From positions 8,983-72,982 of the forward strand of contig JACPMK010000002.1 in NCBI GenBank assembly GCA_016186115.1: a DNA stretch of 64,000 bases, given 5' to 3'. The translations under genes and the position numbers were made by a program. The notes under the pieces are model-generated. The model saw only the letters and a program-made list of their open reading frames with translations, was not told where the DNA came from and did not search any database. This DNA is from Candidatus Wildermuthbacteria bacterium (GTDB lineage: Bacteria > Patescibacteriota > Minisyncoccia > Minisyncoccales > UBA10102). Below, piece by piece: positions 19,084 to 28,633 of the stretch; positions within the stretch are counted from its first letter, which is position 1, and each line of letters opens with the position of its first letter.

Positions 19084-20208
19084 ATGAAGGACTATTATAG
19101 AATTCTTGGAGTGTCGAAAGACGCTTCCGAAGAAGACATTAAAAGCGCGTACCGTAAATTGGCTCACAAATATCATCCCGACAAGGGAGGGGATGGGGAG
19201 CATTTTAAAGAAATCAACGAGGCGTACCATATTCTTTCTGATCGGGACAAACGCGCTCAATATGATCGTTTTGGCAGGGTGTTCGAAGGAGGGGAAGCAG
19301 GCGGAGCCCAAGGGCCCGGCTTTGGCGGTTTTCGATGGGCATGGGGAAGACCGGCCGCAGGAGCTGGCGCAGATGAAGAGAACATTCCCGAAGGGTTTGG
19401 TTTCGACGCACAGGATTTGGGCGATATTTTTGAAGAATTTTTCGGGGGGGGCGCTGCTCAAAAAACTGTCAGCCCGAAACAGGGCAAGGATATTGAAGTT
19501 GAAATAGAGATTCCTCTTGAGGCAGTTTTGAAGGGTCAGGAAGAAACCTTGGCGCTGCATAAATTTATTAAATGTGAGCGATGCCAAGGGGTGGGAGCGG
19601 AGCCGGGCACACAGGTGAAGGAATGTTTTTCTTGCCGGGGCACAGGAGAAGTTCAGCATATCAAGCGCACAGTCTTCGGTTCTTTTACAAGGGTAGCTCC
19701 TTGTCCTGAATGCGGGGGAGATGGGTTGCGGGCAGAGAAAGTATGTAATGTGTGCAAAGGAGAAGGACGCGTCAAAGGGACGGAAGAATGTAAGGTAGTG
19801 ATTCCTCTGGGCGTGGATAGTCATCAGATTCTTAAAATTGATAAAAGGGGAGACGCAGGGCGGAAAAAGGGTCCGAGCGGGGATTTATATCTTAAGATTT
19901 TTATAAAACCCCACTCTATCTTTGAAAGAAAGGGAGACAATCTTTATCTTGATATTTCTATCCCCTTTTCGCGAGCAGCATTGGGAGGAGAGGTTGAGGT
20001 CCCTACATTGGAGGGCACTGTAATTCTTTTGAAAATTCCATCCGGCACCGAATCGGGAAAGGTTCTTCGAGTTGCAGAAAAGGGCCTGCCTCATTTTGGC
20101 GGATGGGGAAGAGGGCATCTCTTTGTGCATTTGCATATCGAGACGCCAAAGAAAATTACAAAAGAGCAAAAAGCGCTTCTCGAAAAACTCCAGAAGGAGG
20201 GGTTGTAA
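19084..20208 (+). CDS. dnaJ: Chaperone DnaJ
   Basis: J-domain HPD, G/F region, four CxxCxGxG repeats. Confidence 0.97.
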   Translation: MKDYYRILGVSKDASEEDIKSAYRKLAHKYHPDKGGDGEHFKEINEAYHILSDRDKRAQYDRFGRVFEGGEAGGAQGPGFGGFRWAWGRPAAGAGADEENIPEGFGFDAQDLGDIFEEFFGGGAAQKTVSPKQGKDIEVEIEIPLEAVLKGQEETLALHKFIKCERCQGVGAEPGTQVKECFSCRGTGEVQHIKRTVFGSFTRVAPCPECGGDGLRAEKVCNVCKGEGRVKGTEECKVVIPLGVDSHQILKIDKRGDAGRKKGPSGDLYLKIFIKPHSIFERKGDNLYLDISIPFSRAALGGEVEVPTLEGTVILLKIPSGTESGKVLRVAEKGLPHFGGWGRGHLFVHLHIETPKKITKEQKALLEKLQKEGL

Positions 20209-20230
20209 AATCGGTTTATTTCATGTATCT

Positions 20231-20260
20231 TAAGAGGAGGGCAGAGCCCTTCTTATTTTT
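20231..20260 (+). terminator. Intrinsic terminator after dnaJ
   Basis: taagaggagggc-aga-gcccttctta followed by a T run. Confidence 0.65.
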
Positions 20261-20267
20261 GTGATCC

Positions 20268-20327
20268 GCCCCGCTAGCTCAATTGGCAGATCCGCCCGCT
20301 TGCGGGCGGACTTTTAAGCCGTTGGTT
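20268..20327 (+). pseudogene. tRNA-Lys fragment (5' part) with a 20-bp palindrome replacing GCATCGGC; no T-arm
   Basis: Identical to the intact tRNA on both sides of tccgcccgcttgcgggcgga (20291-20310); runs directly into the GIY-YIG ATG. Confidence 0.88.
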
Positions 20328-20328
20328 T

Positions 20329-20589
20329 ATGAAGTACACTGTATACGTAGTCAGGAACAGGGAACGAAACAAAATATACATTGGATACACGAGCAATCTT
20401 ATAAAAAGATTAGCAAGACACAATAAAGAATTACCCGGTAAGAAAAGTTCATTCACAAGTAAGATGAACGGCCACTGGGAAGTCGCGTATTCGGAGGATC
20501 ACAGTACCATAGAAGAAGCAATGGCAAGAGAAAAGTATTTGAAAAGTTATCGAGGTAGAGCGTTTATAAAGAAAATTATCGGACAGTAG
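20329..20589 (+). CDS. Small GIY-YIG nuclease
   Basis: YTVYVV...IYIGYTSNLIKRLARHN...EAMAREKYLK. Confidence 0.92.
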   Translation: MKYTVYVVRNRERNKIYIGYTSNLIKRLARHNKELPGKKSSFTSKMNGHWEVAYSEDHSTIEEAMAREKYLKSYRGRAFIKKIIGQ

Positions 20590-20593
20590 TAAT

Positions 20594-20666
20594 GCCCCGC
20601 TAGCTCAATTGGCAGAGCATCGGCCTTTTAAGCCGTTGGTTGCGCGTTCGAGTCGCGCGCGGGGCA
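20594..20666 (+). tRNA. tRNA-Lys(UUU)
   Basis: 73-nt cloverleaf: acceptor GCCCCGC/GCGGGGC, D-arm GCTC/GAGC, anticodon loop CTTTTAA, T-loop TTCGAGT; CCA not encoded. Confidence 0.96.
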
Positions 20667-20673
20667 CTCATCA

Positions 20674-20751
20674 TAGCTCAATTGGCAGATCCGCCCGCTT
20701 GCGGGCGGACTTTTAAGCCGTTGGTTGCGCGTTCGAGTCGCGCGCGGGGCA
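20674..20751 (+). pseudogene. tRNA-Lys copy lacking the 5' acceptor strand, with the same 20-bp palindrome
   Basis: tagctcaattggcaga-[palindrome 20690-20709]-cttttaagccg...cggggca. Confidence 0.88.
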
Positions 20752-20870
20752 CCCTTCGACTCCGCTCAAGGTAAACTTCTACAAGACATGCTTAGCCTGT
20801 CTATTCTATTTGACGGATGGGGTTGGTCTGATGTAAGTTAAAGTAACCTATCAAAAAGGGGGGACAAAAG

Positions 20871-21077
20871 ATGTATCCCACAGCCGTAGAGAGAGATTTT
20901 AGAGTTCTTGAGAAAGCTGCGCACAGTAGCAAAATTTCTGTGCAAGAGGCAAGTGGGGCATTGATCTGTCATGCCCATCGTAGGGCTGGTGGGGATGTGG
21001 ACGAATCAATCCTCGCCCTCGAGGGATTGGGATTGATCAAGAGGGAGGGGAATACTTTGGTGCTCAATGGAAAATAG
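20871..21077 (+). CDS. Small hypothetical protein, possibly winged-helix
   Basis: 68 aa, G-rich SD, ends in LEGLGLIKREGNTLVL; terminator hairpin at 21103-21129. Confidence 0.6.
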   Translation: MYPTAVERDFRVLEKAAHSSKISVQEASGALICHAHRRAGGDVDESILALEGLGLIKREGNTLVLNGK

Positions 21078-21288
21078 TTGAGATCTTTGGAGAGTGTTTC
21101 GGGGGCTGGCCACAAATAGTGACCAGCCCTCTTTTTATTGAAGAGCATACTATTTGTTCAGCTTGCAAAGGTTGTTGGGATACGATAATCTGTACGCTGA
21201 CTGCTCAACTAATCCTTGGAAGGTCGCAGGAGCAGAGAATTACTTAATAAGATATGTAGTGTTCATGACGTACTCGTCCATACTTCGT

Positions 21289-23076
21289 ATGGCCATGCGA
21301 ATTTTTCTTGTGGCCGTGATCGTTATTTCCACGTTCGTAACTTCGATTGTCGGCTCTTATTTGAGAGCTCGAACAGATCAAAATGAAGAAAATACTGTGC
21401 ATGCGCAATCAAGCGTTAATGTGTGGTGGCCTGTTCCCAATGTAAAAGTAGGGGGCGTGCAGCCATTCAAAGCAATGATTTCTGGGCAGGATGTCAATTC
21501 CTATGATATGTATTGGCAGGTAGATGGAGATCGGTTGAACTCGATGCATACCAGCTATACTGATTATCCGCATAAGGAAGCGATGGTTGATCTCTCTGGC
21601 TGGAATTGGCGGGGAGCAGGGCCCTATACCATTGCGTTTATCGCAAAGGATCGGGCAAATAACACTATTGCCCAGAGTTCTTTTGTCATCTACACTTCTT
21701 CTCCAACTCCGAAAAAAAGTTATGTTCTGACATCCTTGTGGCCAGTTGATGGTTCGCGTATCGTGGGATCGCAACTTTTTAAGGCCGTTATCGAAGATAA
21801 GTCCATCGAAGAATATCATATATATTGGCAGGTGGATGGTGACCGGTTGAATCCCATGGAGAACAGCTATACGGGTTTTCCCCACAAAGAAACAGTGATA
21901 GAGCTTTCGGGCTGGACATGGCGAGGTGAGGGACCATATCGGATAACTTTTGTCGCCAAAGATAACAGCCAGAACGAGCTTGCGAGAAAGGATATGGCGA
22001 TTTATGTGCCGAGATCGATACCAACTCCAACGCCAGTTCCTGTTTCTGTGTCTATGCCAGTAGCTACTTCCATATTCTCGCCGACCCCAACCGTAGTCCC
22101 AACCCCGATTCAAATCTCGATTCCAACTCCTTCTTTGGCTTCTGTTTCAAGCCAACCTTCTTCTGTGTCAGAAAATCTTTCTTTGCCTATTGCTCAAGCG
22201 CAATCTTCCTCTGCTTTCTATGTGGATCCAAATTCTTCTGCAAAAAAACAAGCTGATATGTGGAGATGGACGAGGCCAGACGATGCGCGTTTGATGAATC
22301 TTATAGCATCGCAACCAGTTGCAAAATGGGTGGGGGATTGGAATAGCGATATTCGCAAAGAGGCGCAGGAATACACAAACAAGGCAACGGAAACAAATAC
22401 CATTCCAATCTTCGCGGTGTACAATGTTCCGGGAAGGGATTGTAGTAACTATTCTGCAGGAGGCGCGCAAACTGCTGAAAAGTACAAGAATTGGATTAAT
22501 GCTTTTGCTTCGGGAATCGGTGATCAAAAAGCCACCGTGATTCTTGAGCCAGATGCCTTGGCTTTGATGGATTGTTTGTCGTCCCAGGCAAAACAGGTGC
22601 GATTCGACCTGATTGCTTATGCGGTGAGCAAGCTCAAGGCAAACGGAAAGACAAAGGTATATGTTGATGCAGGCCATGCGAAGTGGATTGCATCAACAGA
22701 AATGGCCGAGCGTTTGCAGAAAGCGGGCATTCAGCAGGCAGATGGATTTGCTTTGAATGTTTCAAATTTCTACAGTAATGAAGAAAACGTGAGATACGGA
22801 GAAGAGGTTTCGCGGAATACCGGCGGGAAACACTTTGTGATTGACTCGAGCAGAAATGGAGTTGGGGCGTTGGCTGATTTGGCATGGTGCAATCCTCAAG
22901 GCCGGGCTCTTGGAACCCGACCAACCGTCAATACCGGCCATTCATTATTGGATGCTTATCTCTGGGTTAAGGTACCGGGAGAGTCCGACGGCCCTTGCAA
23001 CGGAGGGCCTTCGGCAGGCCAGTGGTGGCCGGAGTACGCGCTTGATCTTGCCCGCAAGTACATTACTAGAGATTGA
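21289..23076 (+). CDS. Secreted/anchored GH6 glycoside hydrolase with two N-terminal repeat domains and a Pro/Thr linker
   Basis: YNVPGRDC, ILEPDAL, YVDAGH, IDSSRNG, WCNP, WVKVPGESDG; start uncertain (21154-21295). Confidence 0.92.
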   Translation: MAMRIFLVAVIVISTFVTSIVGSYLRARTDQNEENTVHAQSSVNVWWPVPNVKVGGVQPFKAMISGQDVNSYDMYWQVDGDRLNSMHTSYTDYPHKEAMVDLSGWNWRGAGPYTIAFIAKDRANNTIAQSSFVIYTSSPTPKKSYVLTSLWPVDGSRIVGSQLFKAVIEDKSIEEYHIYWQVDGDRLNPMENSYTGFPHKETVIELSGWTWRGEGPYRITFVAKDNSQNELARKDMAIYVPRSIPTPTPVPVSVSMPVATSIFSPTPTVVPTPIQISIPTPSLASVSSQPSSVSENLSLPIAQAQSSSAFYVDPNSSAKKQADMWRWTRPDDARLMNLIASQPVAKWVGDWNSDIRKEAQEYTNKATETNTIPIFAVYNVPGRDCSNYSAGGAQTAEKYKNWINAFASGIGDQKATVILEPDALALMDCLSSQAKQVRFDLIAYAVSKLKANGKTKVYVDAGHAKWIASTEMAERLQKAGIQQADGFALNVSNFYSNEENVRYGEEVSRNTGGKHFVIDSSRNGVGALADLAWCNPQGRALGTRPTVNTGHSLLDAYLWVKVPGESDGPCNGGPSAGQWWPEYALDLARKYITRD

Positions 23077-24571
23077 GATCGGGCGTATCGTAACGCAGGC
23101 GATAGACCGAAAGAGTCAAGCCCGGAGAAAACTGACGGGTTTCCAGTCGCTCAAAGCGCGTATCGAAATACATCTTGATCTTTTCTTTGTAGCCCTGATC
23201 GTAGCTAAGCAAAAGCCATGCCTTCTGATGATGATCGCCTAGTTGGCGCACTTGATCGGGTAAGGCGGATTCATCGAACGGAGGAATTGGCCCTCTCTGA
23301 TAGCGATCCCAGATAGGCAGGGTCGCTATTTGAGTTGGGCCGTCGTAGTAATAAAGTATTGGATAAATGGTAAAAGGCGCAGAAAGAATAATGATGTCTT
23401 GGGGAGCGGCATTCTGTAGAAGATACGCGCTTACTGTTTTGTAATCCTCCCGTTCAGGATTTCTCGCATTAGTCACTTCGAATAGAAGAGACCCAATCAT
23501 GAGGGCAATAAGAGTGATCTGTAAAAATGTTGCGATTTTGGAAGGGTATACAAAAAAGAGCCACGAAATCAGGAGATACAGCGACGGAACGGTAAAAATA
23601 AGATATCGGCTTAAAAACGCCGGTTGCAGAGTGATGCTGACGAGAAAGAGGAGAAGGACAGGAACAAAGAGAGTAACTAAAAAGTATGTAGCTTCCAAAG
23701 AAATTTTTCGATTTTTTTGAATGGCAAGAAATCCAAACAGCGTGGTCATGGGCCAGAGGGACAGGATGATCGTGTTGAAATGTGTAGTTTGAAATCCAAA
23801 CAAAAATTGAGAAAAAGCGTTGAGAAGATCAATGCTTGTGGGAGAGGCGAGATGGGGCACGGCATTTGGTGAGGATTCGTTCATAACGATATAGAATATC
23901 CATGGGCTGAATACGATGCCAAGAAGCAGAGACACAATAAAAAAATTGCGAATGGCGGCAAAAGAAATTTGCTTGCGTTGAAAAAAAGCGAATGCCCACT
24001 GGCTGCAGAGTAAAAGAAAGTAGAGGTAGTGAGTGAAAATTCCAAAAAGAGAAACAAAAAAATATCCTGTCCATACCAGCCATCCTGTTTGATTCCGAAG
24101 AATCTTGAGGAAGAAATAATGGGAAAGTATCGCAAGAAGAGTGAGAAGCGTGTACATTCGAATCTCGTTGCCGAACCAATTCATAAATGGCGAGACCGCA
24201 AAAAGAATTGCTGCATATAATCCAACCGAGGAATTATAAGCAGATCTTCCCAAGAGAAAAAGAGCGGGAATTCCCAAGGCGAAAAAGATAAGCGACAGCA
24301 TCCTTGCTTGTTCAAGACCTTCTCCCATAAGGATTTGCCAATAATGCAAAATCAGATGGTAGAGAGGCACGTGAACATCTTCAGAAACAATCTGAAGAAT
24401 TTTGAGAGGGCTGTGATATGCCTGCCATAAACTTTGAGCTTCATCGAGCCGAAGGCCTTGCTGGGAGAAAAGAAAAAAAGAGAGCCCTGCTACGAAGAGG
24501 ATGAGCAGGAGAAGAATTTCTCCGATGGGCATCGCGTCTTGTTCAAAAGAAGGGCGTTGCTGGTTGTTCAT
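23066..24571 (-). CDS. GT-C (GT39/PMT-like) membrane glycosyltransferase
   Basis: LRLDEAQS, DVHVPLYH, NEIRMY; multi-TM. Confidence 0.85.
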   Translation of the reverse strand: MNNQQRPSFEQDAMPIGEILLLLILFVAGLSFFLFSQQGLRLDEAQSLWQAYHSPLKILQIVSEDVHVPLYHLILHYWQILMGEGLEQARMLSLIFFALGIPALFLLGRSAYNSSVGLYAAILFAVSPFMNWFGNEIRMYTLLTLLAILSHYFFLKILRNQTGWLVWTGYFFVSLFGIFTHYLYFLLLCSQWAFAFFQRKQISFAAIRNFFIVSLLLGIVFSPWIFYIVMNESSPNAVPHLASPTSIDLLNAFSQFLFGFQTTHFNTIILSLWPMTTLFGFLAIQKNRKISLEATYFLVTLFVPVLLLFLVSITLQPAFLSRYLIFTVPSLYLLISWLFFVYPSKIATFLQITLIALMIGSLLFEVTNARNPEREDYKTVSAYLLQNAAPQDIIILSAPFTIYPILYYYDGPTQIATLPIWDRYQRGPIPPFDESALPDQVRQLGDHHQKAWLLLSYDQGYKEKIKMYFDTRFERLETRQFSPGLTLSVYRLRYDTPDLNL

Positions 24572-26142
24572 AGAATATGTTCTTTTTGCGGCTGCGGGGA
24601 AAGTTCAATGGATTCTTCTCTGGGAATCTCCGCGACAGGAAGAGAAACGTGTTCGGGAGCCGCTGCTTTAATAAATGGGGTAAAAAGCGCAATATAAATA
24701 AATGCCCATGCGGTATTGGTTATGAAAGAAGCACTGATTCCCTCTCGGAGAATTCCTACTCCTATCCCAATAACCACAAGCGCAATATACGCCATATGGG
24801 GTACTACAAGGTAGAGAAAATTTCCATAAATTTGGGTTTTCGAAGTGATCACAAATCCTCCTCTTTTTTTAAAAAGATATTCAAGCAATGCTTGCACATG
24901 GATACTCCATGAACTAAGGGAAAATGCCAGTGCACGGAAGGTGTATGAAAAATTACTTGCATTTTGGAGATTGTAAAGCGTAAGAAAGATATATGGAATA
25001 AATATAATCGCCAAACTCACCGTAGAGATGACAAATGGCACGAGCCCCGTATAAAAGTAGAAAATGGGAATGAGGGCACTTAAAAGAAAGGCAACTCCTG
25101 AAAAATAGAAGGTTGCCGATGCGAGGTATTGAATTTTTTGCGCAAGAGTGAGTCCTTTTTGCAAAAGAGGATTACGCTTGAAAAGGAGTTCGATACTCCC
25201 CCTTGCCCATCGCAGTTGCTGATTATAATAGGAAAGAAAGTCCTGCGGAGCCAACCCTTCCGCAAGAACCTTAGGGATATAGACCGATTTCCAGCCGTGT
25301 TCGTGGATGAGCATTCCGGTAACGACATCTTCTGCGACATTATTGATAACCATTCCCCCTATTTCCTCGATTGCCGTTCTGCGGAGTACCATGTTGGTCC
25401 CGCACATGATGGCCGAGTTCTGGCGGTTTTTCCCCCGGCAGATTGCTCCGAAAAATAGTTCCTGCTGTTCCCAGGCAGCCCCGGTCACGAGATTTTGTTT
25501 ATGATTTTTGTAGTATTGGGGCGTTTGCACAAAGCCAACTTTCCAATCTGCAAAATAGGGCATTGTGACCTTGAGAAAATCAACATGGGGCACATGGTCA
25601 GCATCGAACACCGCAATGAAGTTGCTCGTTGTTTCTTTTAGGGCGTGGTTGATGTTTCCCGCTTTGGCTCCCCCCGGAATTTTTCTGGTAATACAAGCGA
25701 CACCGTATCGAAGCGCCAATTCTTCGATTTCTCTCCAATTTTCTTTCCCGGCGACATACCCGTCATTTAGGATGAAGATCTTAAAACGCGGGTAATGCAT
25801 CGCGAGTGCTCCTTTGAGAGTTTCCTCTACAACGCCAGCCGGTTCTCCTGCCACCGGAATAAAAACATCAACCTTTGGGAAGAATAATTTTGTGATCGGC
25901 TGATCGGTCTCATCTTTGATTCCCCACACCGTATAGATAAAAGTGAATGTTTGCCAAAGATAAAATATTTGTCCCGTAATAAGAATGGCGTATAAATAGA
26001 TGTTTCCTGTTTCAAACCAAAACGCAAGCAACCCAAAATGGAGCAACGCCAAAGTGCCGTTGACAACCAAAAGCACGACCGATGTCCGTGCTTTTAGGGA
26101 TTTTGTTGCGTTGTTTGGTTGAGAGAAAGATTGTCTTGCCAT
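24568..26142 (-). CDS. Cellulose synthase-like processive GT2 (BcsA-like, no PilZ domain)
   Basis: KAGN, DADH, QTPQ, AED, QQLRW motifs; start taken at ATG 26142. Confidence 0.88.
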   Translation of the reverse strand: MARQSFSQPNNATKSLKARTSVVLLVVNGTLALLHFGLLAFWFETGNIYLYAILITGQIFYLWQTFTFIYTVWGIKDETDQPITKLFFPKVDVFIPVAGEPAGVVEETLKGALAMHYPRFKIFILNDGYVAGKENWREIEELALRYGVACITRKIPGGAKAGNINHALKETTSNFIAVFDADHVPHVDFLKVTMPYFADWKVGFVQTPQYYKNHKQNLVTGAAWEQQELFFGAICRGKNRQNSAIMCGTNMVLRRTAIEEIGGMVINNVAEDVVTGMLIHEHGWKSVYIPKVLAEGLAPQDFLSYYNQQLRWARGSIELLFKRNPLLQKGLTLAQKIQYLASATFYFSGVAFLLSALIPIFYFYTGLVPFVISTVSLAIIFIPYIFLTLYNLQNASNFSYTFRALAFSLSSWSIHVQALLEYLFKKRGGFVITSKTQIYGNFLYLVVPHMAYIALVVIGIGVGILREGISASFITNTAWAFIYIALFTPFIKAAAPEHVSLPVAEIPREESIELSPQPQKEHIL

Positions 26143-27344
26143 ATGGAGGAAAATATATTGGGAAGAGCTTTGTGATAGAGCGCAATGCCGAACCATGCCC
26201 AGTTGTCATCATAATAAGAGAGCGTGCCTTTCCATGTTTCACTGTCTGGGTTGTACAGAGTTTTCAATTTTCGTTCGTAGATTATTTTTGCCTGTTCGGG
26301 TTTTTGCACGAGAAAATATCCTATGTTTGCGCCGTAGAATGCCGGGGTCTCGTAAGGCGATACAATTTTCCCGTCATGGGTATAGGATGTAGCAAGAAAG
26401 CCATTCTGTTCCCACTGTTGATTCAAGAATACTAATTTCGTTAGGATATCTTTTGCTTTCTGGTCTTGGAACCATTCCCAATCCAGTGCAATTCTCCATG
26501 GAATTCTCATGGCATCAAAACTGTAATGAGTCGTAAGTTGTGACGTAGAAGGGGAGAGGATGTTTCCGGTTTGCCGGTCGATCAGAATCCAATCCGGAGG
26601 AAGAGAAGAGCTTGTTTGACTATTGAGTGGAGATTGCATGCTTTGCTCGAGCACGTCATAAGCACTATTCACGAGCGCCATCCAGTCGTGTTCCTGATCT
26701 ACAATGCTGAAGATCCGGTAGGCATAAGGCGCAAAGTAGGAAGGATTTACCACAATGGTTGGTTCCAGCTTATCTTTCTCGGTATCATTTGAGACGAGAA
26801 AAGGTTTTTCTTGAATCGTCACCACTTCTTTTTCCCAGATGTCAGAGATAATGGGTTTTGCATCTTGGAGATACTTGGGATCAAGCCATCGCGCATAGGC
26901 AAAGAGCAGAGAAAGAGCAATATCGGTGTCTCCATCGGTGGCAGTATTTTGCCCGCCGGTTTCAGTAATAATTCCATACGATCCATCTGCTCGCTTTCCG
27001 AAAAGCCAAGAAAATAGGTGATCTTCCTCCCGCTGGAGGTTATCTTTGGTCCATTGCCAGCTTCGATCAAATGTCTCTTTGTCATCCTCCCATACGGCAC
27101 GGAGCATGGTATAGCTTTGTCCTTCGGAAGTGGTGATGTTGCCCCTCGATTTGTCGAGTGTTCTCCATGTTCCCGGCTCCAAGTATTCTTGTTTGTATGC
27201 CCGCCATAAAGAATTCAGCATGAGCTTTTCTGAAAAAATCAGTGGCGCCTCCCTCTCTCTGATCTGTATGAAGACAATAGAAGCGGCTCCAATAATTCCT
27301 GCGCAGAGTAAAAATAATAATACGACCTTTTGTTTGGACGTCAT
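26094..27344 (-). CDS. GH8 endoglucanase (BcsZ-like), N-terminal anchor
   Basis: TSEGQSY, ATDGD, NPSY, DAMRIPWR. Confidence 0.9.
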   Translation of the reverse strand: MTSKQKVVLLFLLCAGIIGAASIVFIQIREREAPLIFSEKLMLNSLWRAYKQEYLEPGTWRTLDKSRGNITTSEGQSYTMLRAVWEDDKETFDRSWQWTKDNLQREEDHLFSWLFGKRADGSYGIITETGGQNTATDGDTDIALSLLFAYARWLDPKYLQDAKPIISDIWEKEVVTIQEKPFLVSNDTEKDKLEPTIVVNPSYFAPYAYRIFSIVDQEHDWMALVNSAYDVLEQSMQSPLNSQTSSSLPPDWILIDRQTGNILSPSTSQLTTHYSFDAMRIPWRIALDWEWFQDQKAKDILTKLVFLNQQWEQNGFLATSYTHDGKIVSPYETPAFYGANIGYFLVQKPEQAKIIYERKLKTLYNPDSETWKGTLSYYDDNWAWFGIALYHKALPNIFSSIWQDNLSLNQTTQQNP

Positions 27345-27431
27345 AGAAATATTCACTTGATAAATTTTATGTCCTTAACAAAGGACGTTTCTTGACAATG
27401 TGAACTTACAACAGAGCTATTGCGCGAGCTA

Positions 27432-27460
27432 TTGACAAAATCAAAATTATATGCTAATAT
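27432..27460 (+). promoter_or_regulatory. Sigma70-type promoter
   Basis: TTGACA-17 nt-TAATAT with extended -10 TG. Confidence 0.7.
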
Positions 27461-27508
27461 TGAGGTGTTTCATACAGTTGAGCAGATCTTTTCATAAGTT
27501 AAGACGCG

Positions 27509-27808
27509 TCAATGAGTGCCCGACCGAGCATTAAGTGAAGAATTTAGTGCTTGGCGGGGACTGATTGAACATAAAAAAGAAGGGGGTACGCCATGGCTAG
27601 CAATTCTAAACCGGTAAAATATTTCGTGGTGAAGGGCATGGTGGCCTTTACCAGACAGGAGGCGCTCGGTCTTAAACAGAAGTAGAGCGCCGCATGCCGG
27701 TGGCACGCCGGCAGAGGTGGAGACCTTTCTGAGTCGCACTTGCTCGGATCGCCTGAAATGTCTCCAATCTCTTAAGTCCATGACATGAGTCGTGCGTTTA
27801 AGAGATTG
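27509..27808 (+). ncRNA. Putative structured RNA (five hairpins) containing a 30-aa sORF
   Basis: Hairpins at 27509-27568, 27661-27691, 27695-27713, 27718-27766, 27765-27808; G-U pairs favour the + strand. Confidence 0.5.
27593..27685 (+). CDS. 30-aa small ORF MASNSKPVKYFVVKGMVAFTRQEALGLKQK
   Basis: AGGGGGT SD-like motif 5 nt upstream; downstream of a good promoter. Confidence 0.45.
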   Translation: MASNSKPVKYFVVKGMVAFTRQEALGLKQK

Positions 27809-27940
27809 ACAACAGCTCTTTATAAAACTTTTCCATAGCGGCGAAATGGACATTAATGCAGAACCATTCAGAACAATTTCTTTTAGGAATGTATGTACCA
27901 AACAGTTAGTGTCCAGTTCGCCGCTATGAAAGGAGAAATC

Positions 27941-28183
27941 ATGCTTTTTTATATTATTTTTATCATGGTGCTGGTTGCGATCGCGTTTGTGCTATGGCTA
28001 GTTTTGAGAGCTTTGGATCGGAAGGAAGAAATTCAAGACAAGAGTTCTCAAAGCGTCAGCCCAGAGGATCTTATCGGGATTCTTTCTGGGCCTAATGATC
28101 CAAGGCACAACGCAGCGTATCCTGCGTTGTGGAATTATCTGGAGAATCACGAAGAGGACGATGATCACCACGCCATACATTAA
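27941..28183 (+). CDS. Small single-TM hypothetical protein (start approximate, at MLFYIIF)
   Basis: AAGGAG upstream of MLFYIIFIMVLVAIAFVLWLVL; acidic/His-rich tail. Confidence 0.6.
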   Translation: MLFYIIFIMVLVAIAFVLWLVLRALDRKEEIQDKSSQSVSPEDLIGILSGPNDPRHNAAYPALWNYLENHEEDDDHHAIH

Positions 28184-28369
28184 GGGAGAGCAGCAATTGT
28201 TCGTTGCTCTCCCGCCCATCAAAGTTCGGCACATTCGACAAGCTCAGAGGCGGATTTTGATGGGGAAAGTTATTTCAAGAACGATGTGAGGACTTGCACA
28301 AGTCCTTAATTATATGGTAAATTCATATAAGTGGCTAGATTCTAATGAAAGTAAACGAAGGAGGAGAAA

Positions 28370-28633
28370 ATGGAATACAGATTGAGTCCCCGGCGCCTTA
28401 ACTGGCGAGAGCCCGGGGATCCAGAAACCGTCGCGCACGAGTGCGATGGAAAAGATCACTATCTCGTCGATCTGTCTCGTTGCGTGTTCCCTGTGGCAGT
28501 ACGATTGGGAGAGGGACATGGGGTGGTGCAAATCCGAAGAGAGGGGGCATGCCCTAATCCTGTTAGATGCGATGGAGCGTTGGAAGATCTCATCGCACAA
28601 AATGACGCAGAAATGACAATTAAATATAACTAG
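28370..28633 (+). CDS. Hypothetical protein
   Basis: 87 aa, AAGGAGGAG SD. Confidence 0.6.
   Translation: MEYRLSPRRLNWREPGDPETVAHECDGKDHYLVDLSRCVFPVAVRLGEGHGVVQIRREGACPNPVRCDGALEDLIAQNDAEMTIKYN

Noticed and set aside
18994..19824. 276-aa minus-strand ORF
   Set aside because: Antisense shadow of dnaJ/dnaK with no recognisable motifs
20268..20751. tRNA intron or prophage attL/attR
   Set aside because: The middle tRNA is intact, no group I/II core or integrase is present, and the duplicated parts are internally altered rather than simple 3' att repeats
21200..21235. c-di-GMP riboswitch upstream of GH6
   Set aside because: A short CTGCTC/GAGCAG stem exists, but I could not find class I or class II consensus elements
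27509..27901. 130-aa minus-strand ORF, or tmRNA, in the structured region
   Set aside because: Promoter, SD and G-U pairing favour the + strand; no tRNA-like ends or ALAA-type tag
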